DNA of 63,601 bases, filler included, from Choristocarpus tenellus KU-1152 (GCA_964200185.2; 12 parts of 12 records of this genome joined end to end with filler, not necessarily neighbours in it); one strand, 5' to 3'. Shown: positions 35,133-48,790, numbered from the whole stretch's first letter. Translations and numbers: made by a program. Notes: generated from the letters alone by a model not told the origin.

Positions 35133-37446
35133 CGTCCCAGACGTGTGTGCTGCAGTTGCAACAGTAGCACTAGTAATTGTGTGTTGGCGTGTGCTGTGTG
35201 CAGGACAGTTGGTGCAAATTGACCTGAAACGCCTCCTTGGAATATGAATTGTGTCTTGTATGTGATGGTTGCTTGGAGTGAAGGTGACAAATATGTGAAT
35301 GACTTGCTTGTTCATCAACAGGTGGCCCTCCTTTACAAGGATATCAGAGACTGGTACGAGCAGACAATATTCCTGTACAAGACGGGTAAGTGCAGCCCTA
35401 ATTGAGAATTGTGCTTATGTACAGCTTTGCAGGATGTTTTGATTAGATGACTCGATAATATTCTTAGCAGAGGCAGGCGATAGATACTGTGCAAGAGAAG
35501 ATGTACCCCACTTTTGATACCAACCTCACTGTCCTTTCATCCCATCCCGACCAACCGTGTTGACAATGTAGGCAAGCTGTCCTATACCTACTTCAAGGTT
35601 TTTGAGGAATATGATCGAGCATGGGGTCTCACGATCAAGTATGAGGAAGCAAAGTCCCGCCTGTCAGAGGAGGCTAGGGAGCTTGATAGGCAGTACAAGA
35701 TTCGAGCCAAGACACTCAAGTGCGTTCAGGGTCGTAGTTACCACCTTGTGCTGATAATAACTGTTGCTGCTGTGACTGTCTGTCCCCCATCATCTCAAGC
35801 CTCATGGAATGGTGAGGGTAAAGGGAAACCTGAAGTGTTTGTGCTGGATTGGATCTAGGGGTGGGTTTGCAGGCGTGCATGTATTGGTCTGCCCTTCCTT
35901 ACTTGATCAAGGGTTGGAGATGATGGTTACGGATAAATTGCAGCGGAGTCAACCATCTTTTCAGGAGGTGTGGGATGGGGTGGACTGGAACAAAAAGACA
36001 AATTGATTGCTTAAGTCTGGAGAAACATATGCAAATATGCCTTTACAAGTATGACAGCTGCCCTGGGGGCCGTTACCAAATATTTGAACTTGGTATATAT
36101 ATTTTTTTCACTAGCATAGGCTAAGACCAAACCTGCCGACCAACCACCATCAGTGAGCTTGGTGTGCCCGTGCCAAATGACTCAAAGTGCTCTGAACACT
36201 TTGCATTGGAGGTTTTTGTGTGTAGGTACCAGCTCAGGGCATGGAAGGCACAGTGGATATTGGTGTGTGTACAATGAGTAGCACTTGAGACCTGAACCTG
36301 AAGGTTGAGCCCTATTTCTTTTGACAATTTTAGTCTCAACAAACAGGGTTTAAGTGCCGGGGGCTAGTGGAATGGTGATCCCAACCTGTCAGACTCTGAC
36401 CCAGTTTTTCCCACATCCCCTTCCACTCACCCAATGCCTTGCACATTTCAGGGTGGGCAAGCAGGCTTGGGCAATCAGCAAGGATATTGGTTTGACTGCT
36501 GGAGAGGGCATATCTCAGCTATCGAAGACAGCATCTGGGTGGAGTGGAAGGCAACTGAAGCTACTCAAGGGCTGGGGTGGGAGTGAGAAAAGGCGTCGAT
36601 GGGGCCTGCCGAGTTCATTGAGATTGAAGAAAGTCAATGGGGAAGGTTGGAGTGGTAGAGGTGCTTCCTCTGGGCCTGATGGCAGCAGGGATGCCAGGGC
36701 CAACGGCAACATTGGGGGTATCTCGTTGTGGAGCCTCTTGGTAGGAAACGGTACCAAGTCGCTTTACTCTGCACCACCTGCAGGAAAGCCAAGAACGCCA
36801 GGGTACCGAGGAGAACCCTGGATACCGGTGAGAAAGTCTAAAGTTCACTTCCACAGCATGAGTGAAAGGGGATAGGTGGAGAAGACTTGGGGGTTTTGTA
36901 GTTGGTCCAAGTTGTCGTTGGTCTTTGCTGATGCTGGTCGTTCCATGGGAATGACTGAGGGGAGATGCTGTGAGGGTAGGAGTTGCTTCCATCCCCTGCT
37001 ACATGCGTGCACGCGTGAGCATACACACACACACACACACACACACACGCACGCACACACGCACGCACACACGCACATCTGCTATGAACCATATTTAGTC
37101 CGAGTGAAACTATGTTAGAGGGTACGAATTTTTCCCTGTTTGTCCTTTGTGGATAGAGTGCCTGTTGATATGTCTTCTGTTGAACCCACTTGCCTGCCCT
37201 TTTCTAGACAGGGCTGTTGGTGGCTTCAATACAATTATGTGGAGATTCCCATCCGTTCATCCATGTCTCTGCTAATTCTGTTCCCATCCCAATTCAATTT
37301 TTGCCAAACTTTCTTGATTGATAATCCAGGCGCCAGTGAGGCATTTGTTCATGACCAAGAAGCAGATAAGAGATGAGCGCCTGAGGAAGTACCGTGTAGG
37401 ATTCCTTGGGATGCGAACACAGCGTTCTTACGACGCCAGTGACTAG
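31108..37446 (+). CDS. Hypothetical ~619-aa protein with a coiled coil and Gly-rich hydrophobic segments; exons 31108-31668, 31951-32334, 32798-32892, 34086-34200, 35322-35385, 35572-35719, 36452-36827, 37330-37446
   Basis: Seven GT-AG introns, all phases consistent, 1860 nt from ATG to TAG with no internal stop. Confidence 0.78.
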
Positions 37447-37877
37447 GAGCAGGCGGTGGTTGTAAGCGCAACGCGTGTGTTCCTATATCCTGATAGGCGT
37501 TGACAACAACAGATCAAGTGTATAGACGTGTGTACCCCATGCAAAGATAGTGCAATGTAAATGGTTGGCAAAAAACACTTTCACTATCATTTGGCCTAGA
37601 GTCAATTGTGATCTGTTGTGATGCATATAGGATACAAATGCAGTGTGCGGTTCCTATCTTTATCTGGCACGTTGTTACAAACGCCCCTGAGCCGAAAAAC
37701 CTATCTGTTACTTGGACTGAATGAAAGTTGTGCTTATCTTTCAAGCCCAAGGATGTTTGAAGTCTGTCTTGTGCCCCTGGGGTGCAGTGTTCCGATCAGA
37801 TGGTTGGGCAAGTAATTCGACAACTGGGAGGGGGTTGTTTTTCTGGAGGAGGCTGAGGATGCTGCAAATACGTTCTT

Positions 37878-38056
37878 GGTTCAAAGTATCTGGGGAGGGG
37901 TGGCGACTGTCCATTTGGGGTCAATTTTTCCATGTCGTGATTTGTGGGTGATTTGGTTGCATATGTCGAATGGATAATGTAAGTGCGCTTTTCCTGGTTT
38001 TGACCTAAATGGACACCTTGGTGTAGACCCCCCCCCCTCCCCAGATACTTTGGGTC
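37878..38056 (+). mobile_element. MITE family B, complete, 179 bp
   Basis: TIRs ggttcaaagtatctggggagggg / ccctccccagatactttgggtc; flanks tctt/tttt. Confidence 0.92.
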
Positions 38057-38936
38057 TTTTCACTCAGTCTCCTTGAGCATGTTCCTTGTGTGGAATGCCT
38101 TCCTAACCCTTCCAATTTTCCTCCTTGCTCACAGTTAGACAGCAGAAGGTGTGCATTGAGTGATCTTGTATATAGAGCTCTTTCAAGTTGAATCTGTAAG
38201 AATTGAGAGGAATGCACATGTAATAGATAGCCCCCCTTGTAGTCTGTCTTTGGCACTTTTCAGCCGTCCTACCATTTTGGGCTCACTGAAGGGATCTGTT
38301 ACTGTTCAATGTGCTTTCGCTATTGAGCGATGTGTTGTAAGGCGTATGATTTAGGCCTCTTGGCACAAACTTTATTGACGAATCCAAAGTTAGTGCAGAA
38401 AGTGGAAAGACTTGAATGTGGGCGGGTGGGGGGGGGGGTTGTAACTATGGTGAAAGGATAGAATGTCATTAAGCCTTTTTTTTCATGCTTCTCATTAATT
38501 TTATGCATACCTATATACATTTGTGTTACTTTTCTTCTCTTCAGTGGTGGGTATGACAGCAATGCCAAGTTACTCCTTACAGTATTGGGTTGATGTCAAT
38601 CATGAGCAACTAGTACTTTTCCCAGTTTATGACACACCTCAAACAAGTACCATCCTCAAGTGATGGAGTGCAACTCCTCTTGTCCTATTTACTATTTTAT
38701 ATTGTTTAACAAGGATTGGAGTATGTATTTACATGTCTTTTTCTTGCGCGGCCACTGTCATTAATATGCTTGACTCCTACCCATTTCTACTCACCCTCCT
38801 CTTCCACACTAGGTGATTTATCTGTTGATTTTGAGTCGAAATAATCCAGAGGTAGGCAAGTTTTGGCCTGTTTGCATTGAGGACATCTTTCTTGACCTTT
38901 GTGATGCACCCTATGCCACTGCCTTATGTGAACAGA

Positions 38937-39192
38937 GAGCCAAAACAAACGAGAGATACTCAGTTTTTGGCTGATTTGCATTATAAGCCAGTTTCTCAAT
39001 CTTTTGCAATTCACCCATATATCTATAGGTGAATTGCTAAGTTCGACTTGATTCGGTCGATTTCTCGATTGTTTGAAAGCTTTCGACACAATACGGAAAA
39101 AATCCTAGAAGCATTTGTAAAAAAAAAAAATGTACTCATTTACCGGCATGGTTAAAATGCAACTCTGGGTGCCCTCATGTTTACTTTGACTC
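38937..39192. mobile_element. MITE family E copy (~256 bp)
   Basis: gagccaaaacaaacgagagatactcag ... ctgggtgccctcatgtttactttgactc. An additional left end lies at 38833. Confidence 0.65.
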
Positions 39193-39732
39193 AATAGTGT
39201 CTGGAAAAATTCCATTACTCCCCCATTTCATACACAAATTGACACCACAATCCATCAAAGAAAGGCTGTATCTGCAATCGCACAGAAAGGCAGGTTTTGT
39301 CCATTTCATAGAATCCTGAAAATGCGACCTTTGTCTACCTCCCAATTACTAGGCTATTTATATATGGGTACAGACCGGTGAGTGTGCTCCTGAGTACCCT
39401 CTTGCTCGGCATGGCAACAAGAAAAAGTGGCATGAATTGTACGAAGTTAGAACCGTAGCATCATAGAGAGGGTTGATTTTGACCCCTTTGAATGTAAGGG
39501 CCTGATCAAAATGTTATGTGACAACGCCATTCACGCATCCATAATACAGCTAACCCCAATGACGAGGCTGTGGCTGTAGGAGAGGAGACGAAAAGTCATC
39601 CATGCAAGACAAGAATCACTCTCCAGAGTGCGAGAAGGACGTGGATAAGAAGGCTGTCACAGGGGGCCTTACACTCAACGGCACCCCCCTCAAGGATGCT
39701 ATGGCCCTGGTTACCATTGAAGTACACGGTTT

Positions 39733-39916
39733 GGCTCGAAGTATCTGTGAGGGGGTGGCAGCTGTCCAATTGGGGTCAATTTTTTCATGTCGCGATTTTT
39801 GGGTGATTTGATTGCGTACGTCGGATGGTTACTGTAAATAATGCACTTTTCCTGATTTTAACCCAAAATAGACACCATGCTGTAGATCCCCCTCCCCCTC
39901 CCAGATACTTTGGGTC
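39733..39916 (+). mobile_element. MITE family B, complete, 184 bp
   Basis: ggctcgaagtatctg ... ccagatactttgggtc; flanks gttt/tttt. Confidence 0.92.
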
Positions 39917-41725
39917 TTTTGCTCTGTTTTGTTCCTCAGGGTTTCACGAGAAGAAATGTGTCATCATTTAAGTACGACACACAACAACAATCCAGGACTC
40001 CCTCCCTACCCTCTGTGGGTGCAACTAAAGAGGGCAGCAAAAAATGGCTTTATAACAAACTATTGTGCTGTTCCACTGGGTTACTTGTTCACCATAGAGT
40101 ACCCAGGAATATCTTGAGTCTATTTGCACCTGTATGCAGTACTTGCAACCTTTAGCATACACGGATGTTTCTGTGGTCACCAGGTAGAGAAAATAAGGGT
40201 TGTAGTTTAGTCAACAGGTATTTCAATATGTGCAAGAAACCACCAATGACATTTTGGGAACATGTGGTACACAATCAGTGAGCAATGCCATACCACCTCA
40301 CGCAGATTCCCCATAATACATATACCATAATACATTTGCAGAACTTGAAAAGTCGGAAATTTCTAGATTATTATATCTACGGCCTGCCCTCACAAAACGT
40401 TTTCATTTATATTCATGGTTGTCATCGAATAGAAATCTTTACCAAAAGCGCCAAACAAACATAAATTACTTTTTGATGCACTAATATATGCACTATAGCA
40501 CATTATACTCGCCCCTCCATGTACTTCCCCATTGAATACTGTTAATTGCAAGACGTAACCAGGGCGACTCACCGCATGTGTTACAAATGAATATATGCAT
40601 GTTCACTCCTATGTGCACCCACAAAACATTGATTTGCAGATTCCGTACTTCAAAAGCTGATACTGAAATACCCCATCACAACAAACTTCTGCAAGAAGGT
40701 TTCATCCACTACCTTTGAAAAATCGTTTGCCCTCTAATATCTGCGCGTCAATTTATACTTCACCTCCCACTATTTTTGCTTGTTTATGTGCCGATTATTT
40801 ATAAGCATGAGTGCTTATTACATATATGTGTGTGTGTGAGGGTGAACCTTTTCGCTTGGGAGTAAAACCACTTGTTGTCCCTCAGTGGTGTATGGAAAAT
40901 CAACTCTTCGTTAGGGAAATAGCAAACTTTGAATTCACCTCTCCTATACTACAACAGTAAGAGTAGTTGTGTTCTGCATAAAATTCCCAGTTATATGAGC
41001 TCTACAGCTGCCCACAAAGAAGTAGATTCTGGACCAAAGGAGACAGCCTTGCTTGGTTGATTGTCTACCGCCCCTGTGGTAGCAGCTATATCCTCGCCTC
41101 TTGTGAGGCTGCAATGTGTGTTCTAACTGCCACCAAAGGTTTTCTATTGGGCAGGCAGTTAGATAAATCGACTCTTCACCAAAGAGTAATAGGTTGTACA
41201 GCACAGGTACTGGCATGGCAACCCAAACACATCCTCCTGTACTTCACACCTGAAGTTCGGCGTCTTACCTTATTTGTGTAGAGGCGATGATGAAAAATAC
41301 TTCTATCACAAAAAAGGAGGAATGAGTTTCAATGAGTTTTTATGTAGTACTATTAACAGTGGTGGTAGTAGGAAATACAACAATAGATTTATGGGCTTTA
41401 CTTTTAGAGGGGTCCTTATATTGAACTGGCCTTTTCCCTGACACATTTGCAAAATGTTAGAGCGCATAACAATATATATATACATAGAGAGATTTTACAC
41501 ACCGTTTTGGATGGAACACAACTTGAGATTTGGAATGGGGCAAACACCGTATAATTAGCCCCTTGAAAATAGTAAAAGAATACTGAGAGAGTAATACCGA
41601 AACCCCAAGAATTAGTGTATGTTGTGTGGGGTATTTTTCCGCCAAAAATGGTGTATTCTCTGTCTTGTCTGTTTGTTTGGAGTAGCACAGAAGCATCTTC
41701 AAAATGTCATTCTACATCAAATCTT

Positions 41726-41906
41726 GGGTCAAAGTATCTGGAGGAGGGGTGTCGGGGTCTGTTTTTCACCCTTTCGATTTTCACTTTTTGGTGTGATTTG
41801 GTCCACGTGTCGGATTTGAAATGTCATAAAAAAAAAGAGTTGTTTGACCGAAACGGACGCCCCATCACAAACAATCCCCCCCCCCCCCCCCCCCCCCACT
41901 TTTTTT

Positions 41907-41939
<33 letters not shown>

Positions 41940-42058
41940 AATTTTTCTTTTTTTTATTNNNNNNNNNTTTGAAATGAAATAAAAAAAAAGAGTTGTTTGA
42001 CGGAAACGGACCCCCCCTCAAAAACAACCCCCCCCCCCCCCCCGAGATACTTTGATCC
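41726..42058. mobile_element. MITE family C (interior partly mis-assembled around a 10-N gap)
   Basis: gggtcaaagtatctgg ... cgagatactttgatcc; the subterminal aaacggacgcccc.tcacaaa is shared with 1038-1086. Confidence 0.7.
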
Positions 42059-42379
42059 ATTTCATTAATTTATTCCTATCATATTGAAGAAATTTTCCAC
42101 TTGTTCTGAATGAACCACACTACAGTGTTGGCAGTCGCCTCCTGCATCAACTTTGTCGTGCCATAACTTATGATCAACATTTTTCTTCATGGAAATTTGT
42201 TTGTTGTAATCGCATCAGCATGTTTAACCTTATTTGATGGGTCTCGGTTGGCCAACTTACAGTAATAGTGAGAAATACAAGACCATACTTGAATCGAGTA
42301 GTCCGCGCGCGCGAACCGCGCATTTAAGGATGATTTGACGCCAGAAGAGACCATCTTCACCCGGGGAACATGGGCGTTG

Positions 42380-42492
42380 GAGTGAAAGTATCTTAGAGGG
42401 TACGAGTTTTGCCCTGTCTGTCCATTCGGGGTTTGGCTTTCAATGGGTTATTTTATGACATTTTCCAACTCCAAAATGTTTAGTAGTAGGTA
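42380..42492 (-). mobile_element. MITE family A, right half
   Basis: gagtgaaagtatcttagagggtacgagttttgccctgt... Confidence 0.88.
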
Positions 42493-43464
42493 GACGCCGC
42501 CTAGTATGGTACAAAGTTTGGCCGCTACGTACATACGTACCACCCCTAACAAGAAAGATGATCANNNNNNNNNNNNNNNNNNNNNNNNNNNNNNNNNNNN
42601 NNNNNNNNTTAATTAATTAANNNNNNNNNNNNNNNNNNNNNNNNNNNNNNNNNNNNNNNNNNNNGGGGGGGGGGGGGGAGACTGTGAGAGGCTGGGGTTG
42701 ACATGAAAGAGGAACACTGTTGATATTGATTTTGATGTTGGTGCTGGAGTTGATGTTGATATTGACATTGTTATTGATGTTGGTGTTGGATTTGATATTG
42801 ATGATGTTGACAACAGTGTTGATATTGATATTGATGTTGATACCATACAGGTGACTTTTTTTAGGAATATCCGTGTAAGACTGTTGTGAATTTTTGAAGT
42901 GTGCTAGTTTTGGTAGATGTCGTAATATTAATTTTTTTTTTAATTGCTAATTTACAGTAATAGTATAGGACTATCTAAGTACAATTAATGTACTAGTATC
43001 ATTAGAGAGTATTTAATCGATCACAAATGAGAGGAAAATTTCTATAGTATTTATTCCTGACAATAGAGTCAGGGTTAGGATTCGACTAACTCCAATCACA
43101 ATCCCTTCCAATGTGTTTTATGATTTGTAGCCCCTAAGGCACCTGTTTGTAAGACTCATTTTAAGGAATGCCTCCCTCGCCCAAATCAGTGCACTATCAT
43201 CCATACATGGAAAATAATAAGCACTGCCCCACCCTCCTTCCATGGTTCCAGCGGTATGTCCTCATCCCCCTTCTACTGTACATCTCCCTTCCGAGCCTAC
43301 TCTACTGGTCCTGGTCCTGGTCCTGGTCCTGGTCCTCAGTCAAAAGTACCATACACTAGTGCTAACTCTACATGTTACTTCTTCCCCACCATCCAAAGTC
43401 CTATCACTAGTACAGTTACCCTATGACGGTACGCCTGGTTCACCCTTGCTGTGTCGATCCTGAT

Positions 43465-43525
<61 letters not shown>

Positions 43526-43561
43526 CAAGCCCTCCACCCGCACCCCCGGCGGAGGGGGGGG

Positions 43562-43593
<32 letters not shown>

Positions 43594-43716
43594 TACGCGN
43601 NNNTTTTTTTTTTTTAATTTTCCGGCGCCCCCCCGAACCCCCCCCCCCCCCCCCCCCCCCCCTCTTCCCCTCCCCCCCCCCCCCCCCCCCCCCCTCCCCC
43701 CCACCTATCCTATCAG

Positions 43717-46329
43717 CTGATAGTGAAGTCATTTCCACGTCGACAAGATGGTAGGAAGGGTAGAGGAGAGCTGTGTGGATGCATTGAGAAGGGGGACTTT
43801 CTCGTGTCGGCCAATGGCGTTCGGTTGGAAGGGTTTGCATTTCAGGATGCGATTCGAGTCCTCACTGCGCAGGTGTGTTTGGTAGTGTGTTTGGTAGTGT
43901 GTTTGGTGGTGTGTTTGGTAGTGTATGTGGTAGTGTGTTTGGTAGTGTGTTTGGTAGTGTGTTTGGTAGTGTATGTGGGGGAGGCGATTGGTGGGGGGGT
44001 TGGGGGAACTTGGAAAGTGGGGATGGGATTGGGACTGGCGATGGTGCAGGGGATTGGACCTTGGACCGGGGGTTTAAGTATTGTGTGTGTAGTATATATA
44101 TATGTATGTATATTTATAGGGTTAGGGTTAGGGTTAGGGTTTAGTCTGCGGCTTGGTATGGTACAGTACTGTGTGCAGTGCAGGAAACTGGTGAGGGTAT
44201 ATTGGGTTTTGACTATGTTGTAAGTGATACTGTTGTAAGTGATTGTTGTCAATTGTACTATTGTTACGATCTCCTAACCCTAACCCCATGAATTGTTGGA
44301 TGGCGATGTTCTCTTCTTTTCTCGGAAAATTTGTACCTCGTTTTATACTGGAGAACTGTTAAGGTACTGGAATGGGATTGGGAATGGGATTGGGACTGGG
44401 ACTGGGACTAGGACTGGCGGGCAGAATAGAGTAGGGAATTGATTCGAACCGTGGGTTAGATGGGCAGTGGGATCGGGACTGGAACTGTACCTAGGCTTGT
44501 ACTGGTGGTTTAGATGTGAAACAGAGGGTAAGGGTGAGGCAGAGAGGGGTGGAGTCTGGGGGGTTAATGGGACTGACTGTGTCACCAACCGGCTGTTTGC
44601 GAGTGTACTCCCCTTCCTCTTTTTTGCAAGGGGGGGATTGTTGACTATTAGTGCTTTTGGAAGTTACACGGTGTCTCTGTCTCAGTTGCTTTTGACATGG
44701 AGTTGCTTGGGGGGTTTTTTTGTGTGCGTTTGTCTTCTTTCGTGCTGGTTTTGTTTTTGTTTTTTGTTTTTGTTACACTCAACCAAAACACATCAGGAAA
44801 GTCGCCGCATCTCTCTATGTAACACAAACGCCTTCTATATATATAACACAAACGCCTTCTATATATATAACACAAACGCCTTCGCCGGGGTGTTGTTTGG
44901 CGTGATCGGGAAACTTTTTTTTTTTAATGAGAAATCAGTTAGGGCTGCTGCTTTGACTGCGTGATTTCTAATGGTAGCTGAAGCGAAAACGGCAATGTGA
45001 GCAGATTTGATTTTTTTTTTTTGATAGGATGCATATTGGTAGTATCCAGAAAACTCCGAATTTTTGCTGACTTTTTTTCTATGAAATTGATAGCGTTTCG
45101 ATCTATATATATATATATATATACCAAGAACAGTGTGACTGTTACTGTTATGATATATGCTGACGGCGATATAACAGATACATCGACAAGTATGTATATA
45201 CCTTCAAGAGTGCCAGGTGTAGTCATACCACTCTGCACACTTAAACCTCAACCATTTCTTCTCCCCCCCCCTTCCCTCACTACTGTAGTATCAGTCCTAC
45301 CTCTCTTGCTCCTCTTGCCCGTCCTGATGTCCCCTTCTCACCCTCTGGCTACGCATGCTGTGTTGTGTGGTGTGGTGTGTTAGGGGTACCCTCTAGGTCT
45401 GCGCTTTCGCCGTGTTCCAAGGCACTTGAAGAACCACACCCTTGAGGACTGGTCCGTGAACGCTCTGAGAACCGTCTTGTTGGAGAACGGCGCGGAGTTA
45501 ACGGTGAGTTGAGGCCTGCTGCCCCTGCCCCGGCTGTGTTGGTCGTCAGTGGAGAGCTATGATTCTGTTCTGTTTTAATTGAGAGTTTCTCAGGGGTGTG
45601 GTGAGTGCGCGTTGGCCACTTGGAAGAACAGATCGACTGGAACCTGTAGGTGGGTCCCAGTCAGTGTTTGTTCTTATTCAATTTGAGATATTGTTGTGGT
45701 GGTTACATGTTGAGGGTGTGATACAGTAGAGTGTGGCTTGGTGCAGACCTTGTTCACTCTTACTTCAATGCACTTATCCCATCTCTGAAGTAGATCTACG
45801 TGTCCGATATAGTCCAGTGTTTGTGCTGCCTCTCTAAGCACTCCAATGCATAATCGCTTCTTGGTCAGCGGTTAGAGGTGACTGATTTTAACATGAGTAT
45901 CCGGGGTTCGCATCTCGTCGACGTCATACGTTTTTACACGGAATTCTGTCTCGAGATTACAAAGTCCTTCGGCAACCACTACGATTTACACACCTCACAT
46001 GGCTCTTCCTATAATCAAACTACTTAGTCTTCTTGTGTACTACTACTACTAGTACTACTACCATTATTAGCAGCAGTAGTAGTAATAGTAGTAATGGTTA
46101 GTGTTTGATTTCCATGCATTCTTGTACTGTAATTGGTGGGACACAAACAGGGACTGGAGCGTCAAAGTCAGCTGGTGTCCATGGCCCGTCGAGCATTCTG
46201 TGACAAGCCAGTGCCCCTGCCCCCAGCACCTCCCCGGGTGGCCCCTGGGCTGACTGCAATGATCAATGGAGAGACAAGCGTCTGCGGATGGTTGCTCATG
46301 AAGGGACCAAATGACAAGGAGTTTAGGAG
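43717..46329 (+). CDS. PDZ-domain protein with the start of a probable PH domain, partial; exons 43717-43872, 45384-45503, 46151-46329
   Basis: Phase-consistent LIVKSF..GCIEKGDFLVSANGVRLEGFAFQDAIRVL..GYPLGLRFRR (PDZ), then VCGWLLMKGPNDKEFR (PH beta-1 pattern). Confidence 0.8.
43873..43978. repeat. 12-bp tandem repeat (gtgtgtttggta)n starting at the splice donor
   Basis: About 9 units. Confidence 0.9.
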
Positions 46330-46599
46330 GTAGGCGAAAGAGGTTTGAGGTGCTGGGGGTGATGTTGGGGGGGGGGGAGGAGGGGGGGGTCAGGAATGAG
46401 NNNNNNNNNNNNNNNNNNNNNNNNNNNNNNNNNNNNNNNNNNNNTTAATTAATTAANNNNNNNNNNNNNNNNNNNNNNNNNNNNNNNNNNNNNNNNNNNN
46501 GTTCCCCACGCGCGTATACTGCTCGCGCCAGTCAAAGCGCGGGAAGAAATACTCGCGCTACTCGCCTGTAACAGAGATTCCGCCATCTCTTGTGTATTT

Positions 46600-48790
46600 A
46601 CCATGAAACCTATCCTTATTGTCTCGGTATTCCACGCAGACAGCTTTTCCCTAGATACTACCTAGGGATTCCCCAGTTTATCGTCCCCCAGCAGACAGAA
46701 ATTATATTAAATCATACATTGTGTAGGCACCAAACATCTCGACCCCCCCCACATCATGTTGAACTTCGACAATTAAATTTGCATCCATCATCCTTACAGA
46801 ACCATGGAAAGAAAGGGTCATCCCACCCACCCACAGCACAAACATTTTGTTATAAGATCGCCTCTGGTGGAACAGGTACTGCCTGTCCCTTACCTGTTAC
46901 GGGTTCAATAACAAGCTTGGAAACCGCTTCCCCTGTGTCCATAGTTGAAGCAAACAGACACGTCCTCATAAATATCTCCAACCAAATTGTAGTCTGAAGT
47001 CCACCAACCAAAAACCTCTGTTAGTGTTTGCGCAAATTTGCATTCATTGGATGCATCTTTTTTATCCATTTTGGATAACAGGACCTTAGATTTTGGCCCC
47101 CACTTTTGCTCATTGCACGAAATTTGCGTAGCACATGGTCTATGACCTCCCCCTTTTAAACTGGCAGAGCGCTGTCAAAATTTTAGTATCTTCATTAACC
47201 CCTCCATATTTGTTTCTGGTTTTACCTCTCCAAGGCTTACATCACTACTGATCCTTTCCTTAATCGGTTCTTGCACCCCCCCTGGAGGGGATACTCTAAT
47301 ACCTAGTGTACTGAATGTACTCTACTTTGTAAAACAGGTGCCAACCCCAATATTGCATAACAGCTTATCTTGTTCCAGGTGCCTTCTTCCGGTTGAGTCG
47401 TGCTCTTGTAGTTCTTGTATGCTAAAGCTGCACACAGCTCCCCGAGAGCCAAGATTGAACCCTGCACCCGTCTTCCGCTACTGATACAAACTCGTTGGTA
47501 TCCGAAAATACCTTTTTCTTCCCAGAATACTTATTAATATGCTCTGCTTGCAGATTTGGAGCCAAGAATCCTCCCCTATTGTTCTTGCCACTGCCCCTGG
47601 ACCTCCTGGGGTTCCTTCCTTCCAGAAATTTTAGTGCCGTTTCTGCCAAGACTCACGGCTAGTGATTCTTCCTCCCCTCCTGAGTTTGCGACTGCTCTAA
47701 AGCCCCCAATCACCTAGCACACCATTCTCTTGGAGATTATTCCCATCTCCCTGATAATCTCCCAGTCCTTTCTTCTCCACTCAGTCTCATCCTGATCACA
47801 CTCCCTTTGTTGGTCCCTTGACAGTGTATTTAGCCTTATTTGCGAATTGGCTCCCCTACTCCCTGCCAGGGGTTCAACTATCAACAAAATACGTGGACTG
47901 TACGACACCACGTGCTTGTTCCTTGGCAAGAAACACACTTTGAGCCTCGTTTCCCAGTCACTGATCATGGTCCGGCTGCTTTTTGACAGTTAATAATATC
48001 TGACTCCCCTGTTTCTTGATAGAAGCCCCGCTGGAGGCAATACACCATACCTGCCAACCATGACTTGCCTGCTCCTTAGCAGGCAACCCCCTAGACCAGA
48101 AGTGATTACCCCCCTGTACTTGAAGTAGGTCCCCCGTCAAAACCGGGCACCTGGACTGCCGACCACGACTTGCCTGCTCCTTTGCAGGCAACTCTATTTG
48201 AGTCGGATTCCACAGCCACACGACATGGTCTAACTGCTCCCCGGCAGTTCCTACCTTATGAGTGCAGTGCCTAGAACTGACGTAAACAACCTCCTGTACC
48301 TGAACAGGGGACCACCCTGGAACAAGACACCTTGAATGTAAACCGCAACTTGCCTGCTCCTTAGTCAGGTACTCCCTTTAAACCTATATCTTCCATCATC
48401 AAAAATCATAGTCCAATTGCCCGTTGGTTTCTACTGACATATGAGTACAGTACCTTGACCTTGAGTGCTGACTTTACCGCAACTCTCCTTCCATTGTCTC
48501 ATCCCCTACATCCTTCCATTCGACTCCCTCAGAAAAGGATTCAGAACACCCAATTCCCACGCTGCCTTTCACCTGTCCATCCCAAGACATTTCGATTCCA
48601 CTGTTTTCGGTGCCCCATAATTTGGGGCTCTGAACCCCCTTCCTCCTTTTCTCACCTGATCCATCTGGAGAGTGGAGTAACCTCAGCTTAGCCAAGGTTA
48701 TCTGTGTCTCTACTGAAGATCCTGAATCCACCAGAGGATTGTTATTCCCTTTCTCACATAGTACTGTTGGCACCACTAGGTTACGAAACC
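46600..48790 (-). mobile_element. Degenerate Gypsy-like relic: protease motif plus integrase-like region
   Basis: PLVDSGSS aspartic-protease motif (ORF 48474-48776). Broken integrase-like FLVGGLQTTIWLEIF..STMDTGEAVSKL near 46900-47020. Confidence 0.5.

Noticed and set aside
34962-35133. Poly-Gly/poly-Pro ORFs (also 43465-43702, 41876-41935 and poly-A 17785-17908)
   Set aside because: These are long homopolymers next to short N gaps inside introns or repeats, most likely low-quality read or assembly artefacts rather than coding sequence.
41815-42030. Internal direct repeat within MITE family C
   Set aside because: The two versions flank a 10-N gap and homopolymers, so they are probably the same sequence assembled twice.
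48050-48375. Palindromic repeats as a mini-CRISPR
   Set aside because: Only three copies with unequal long spacings, in frame within a retroelement relic.
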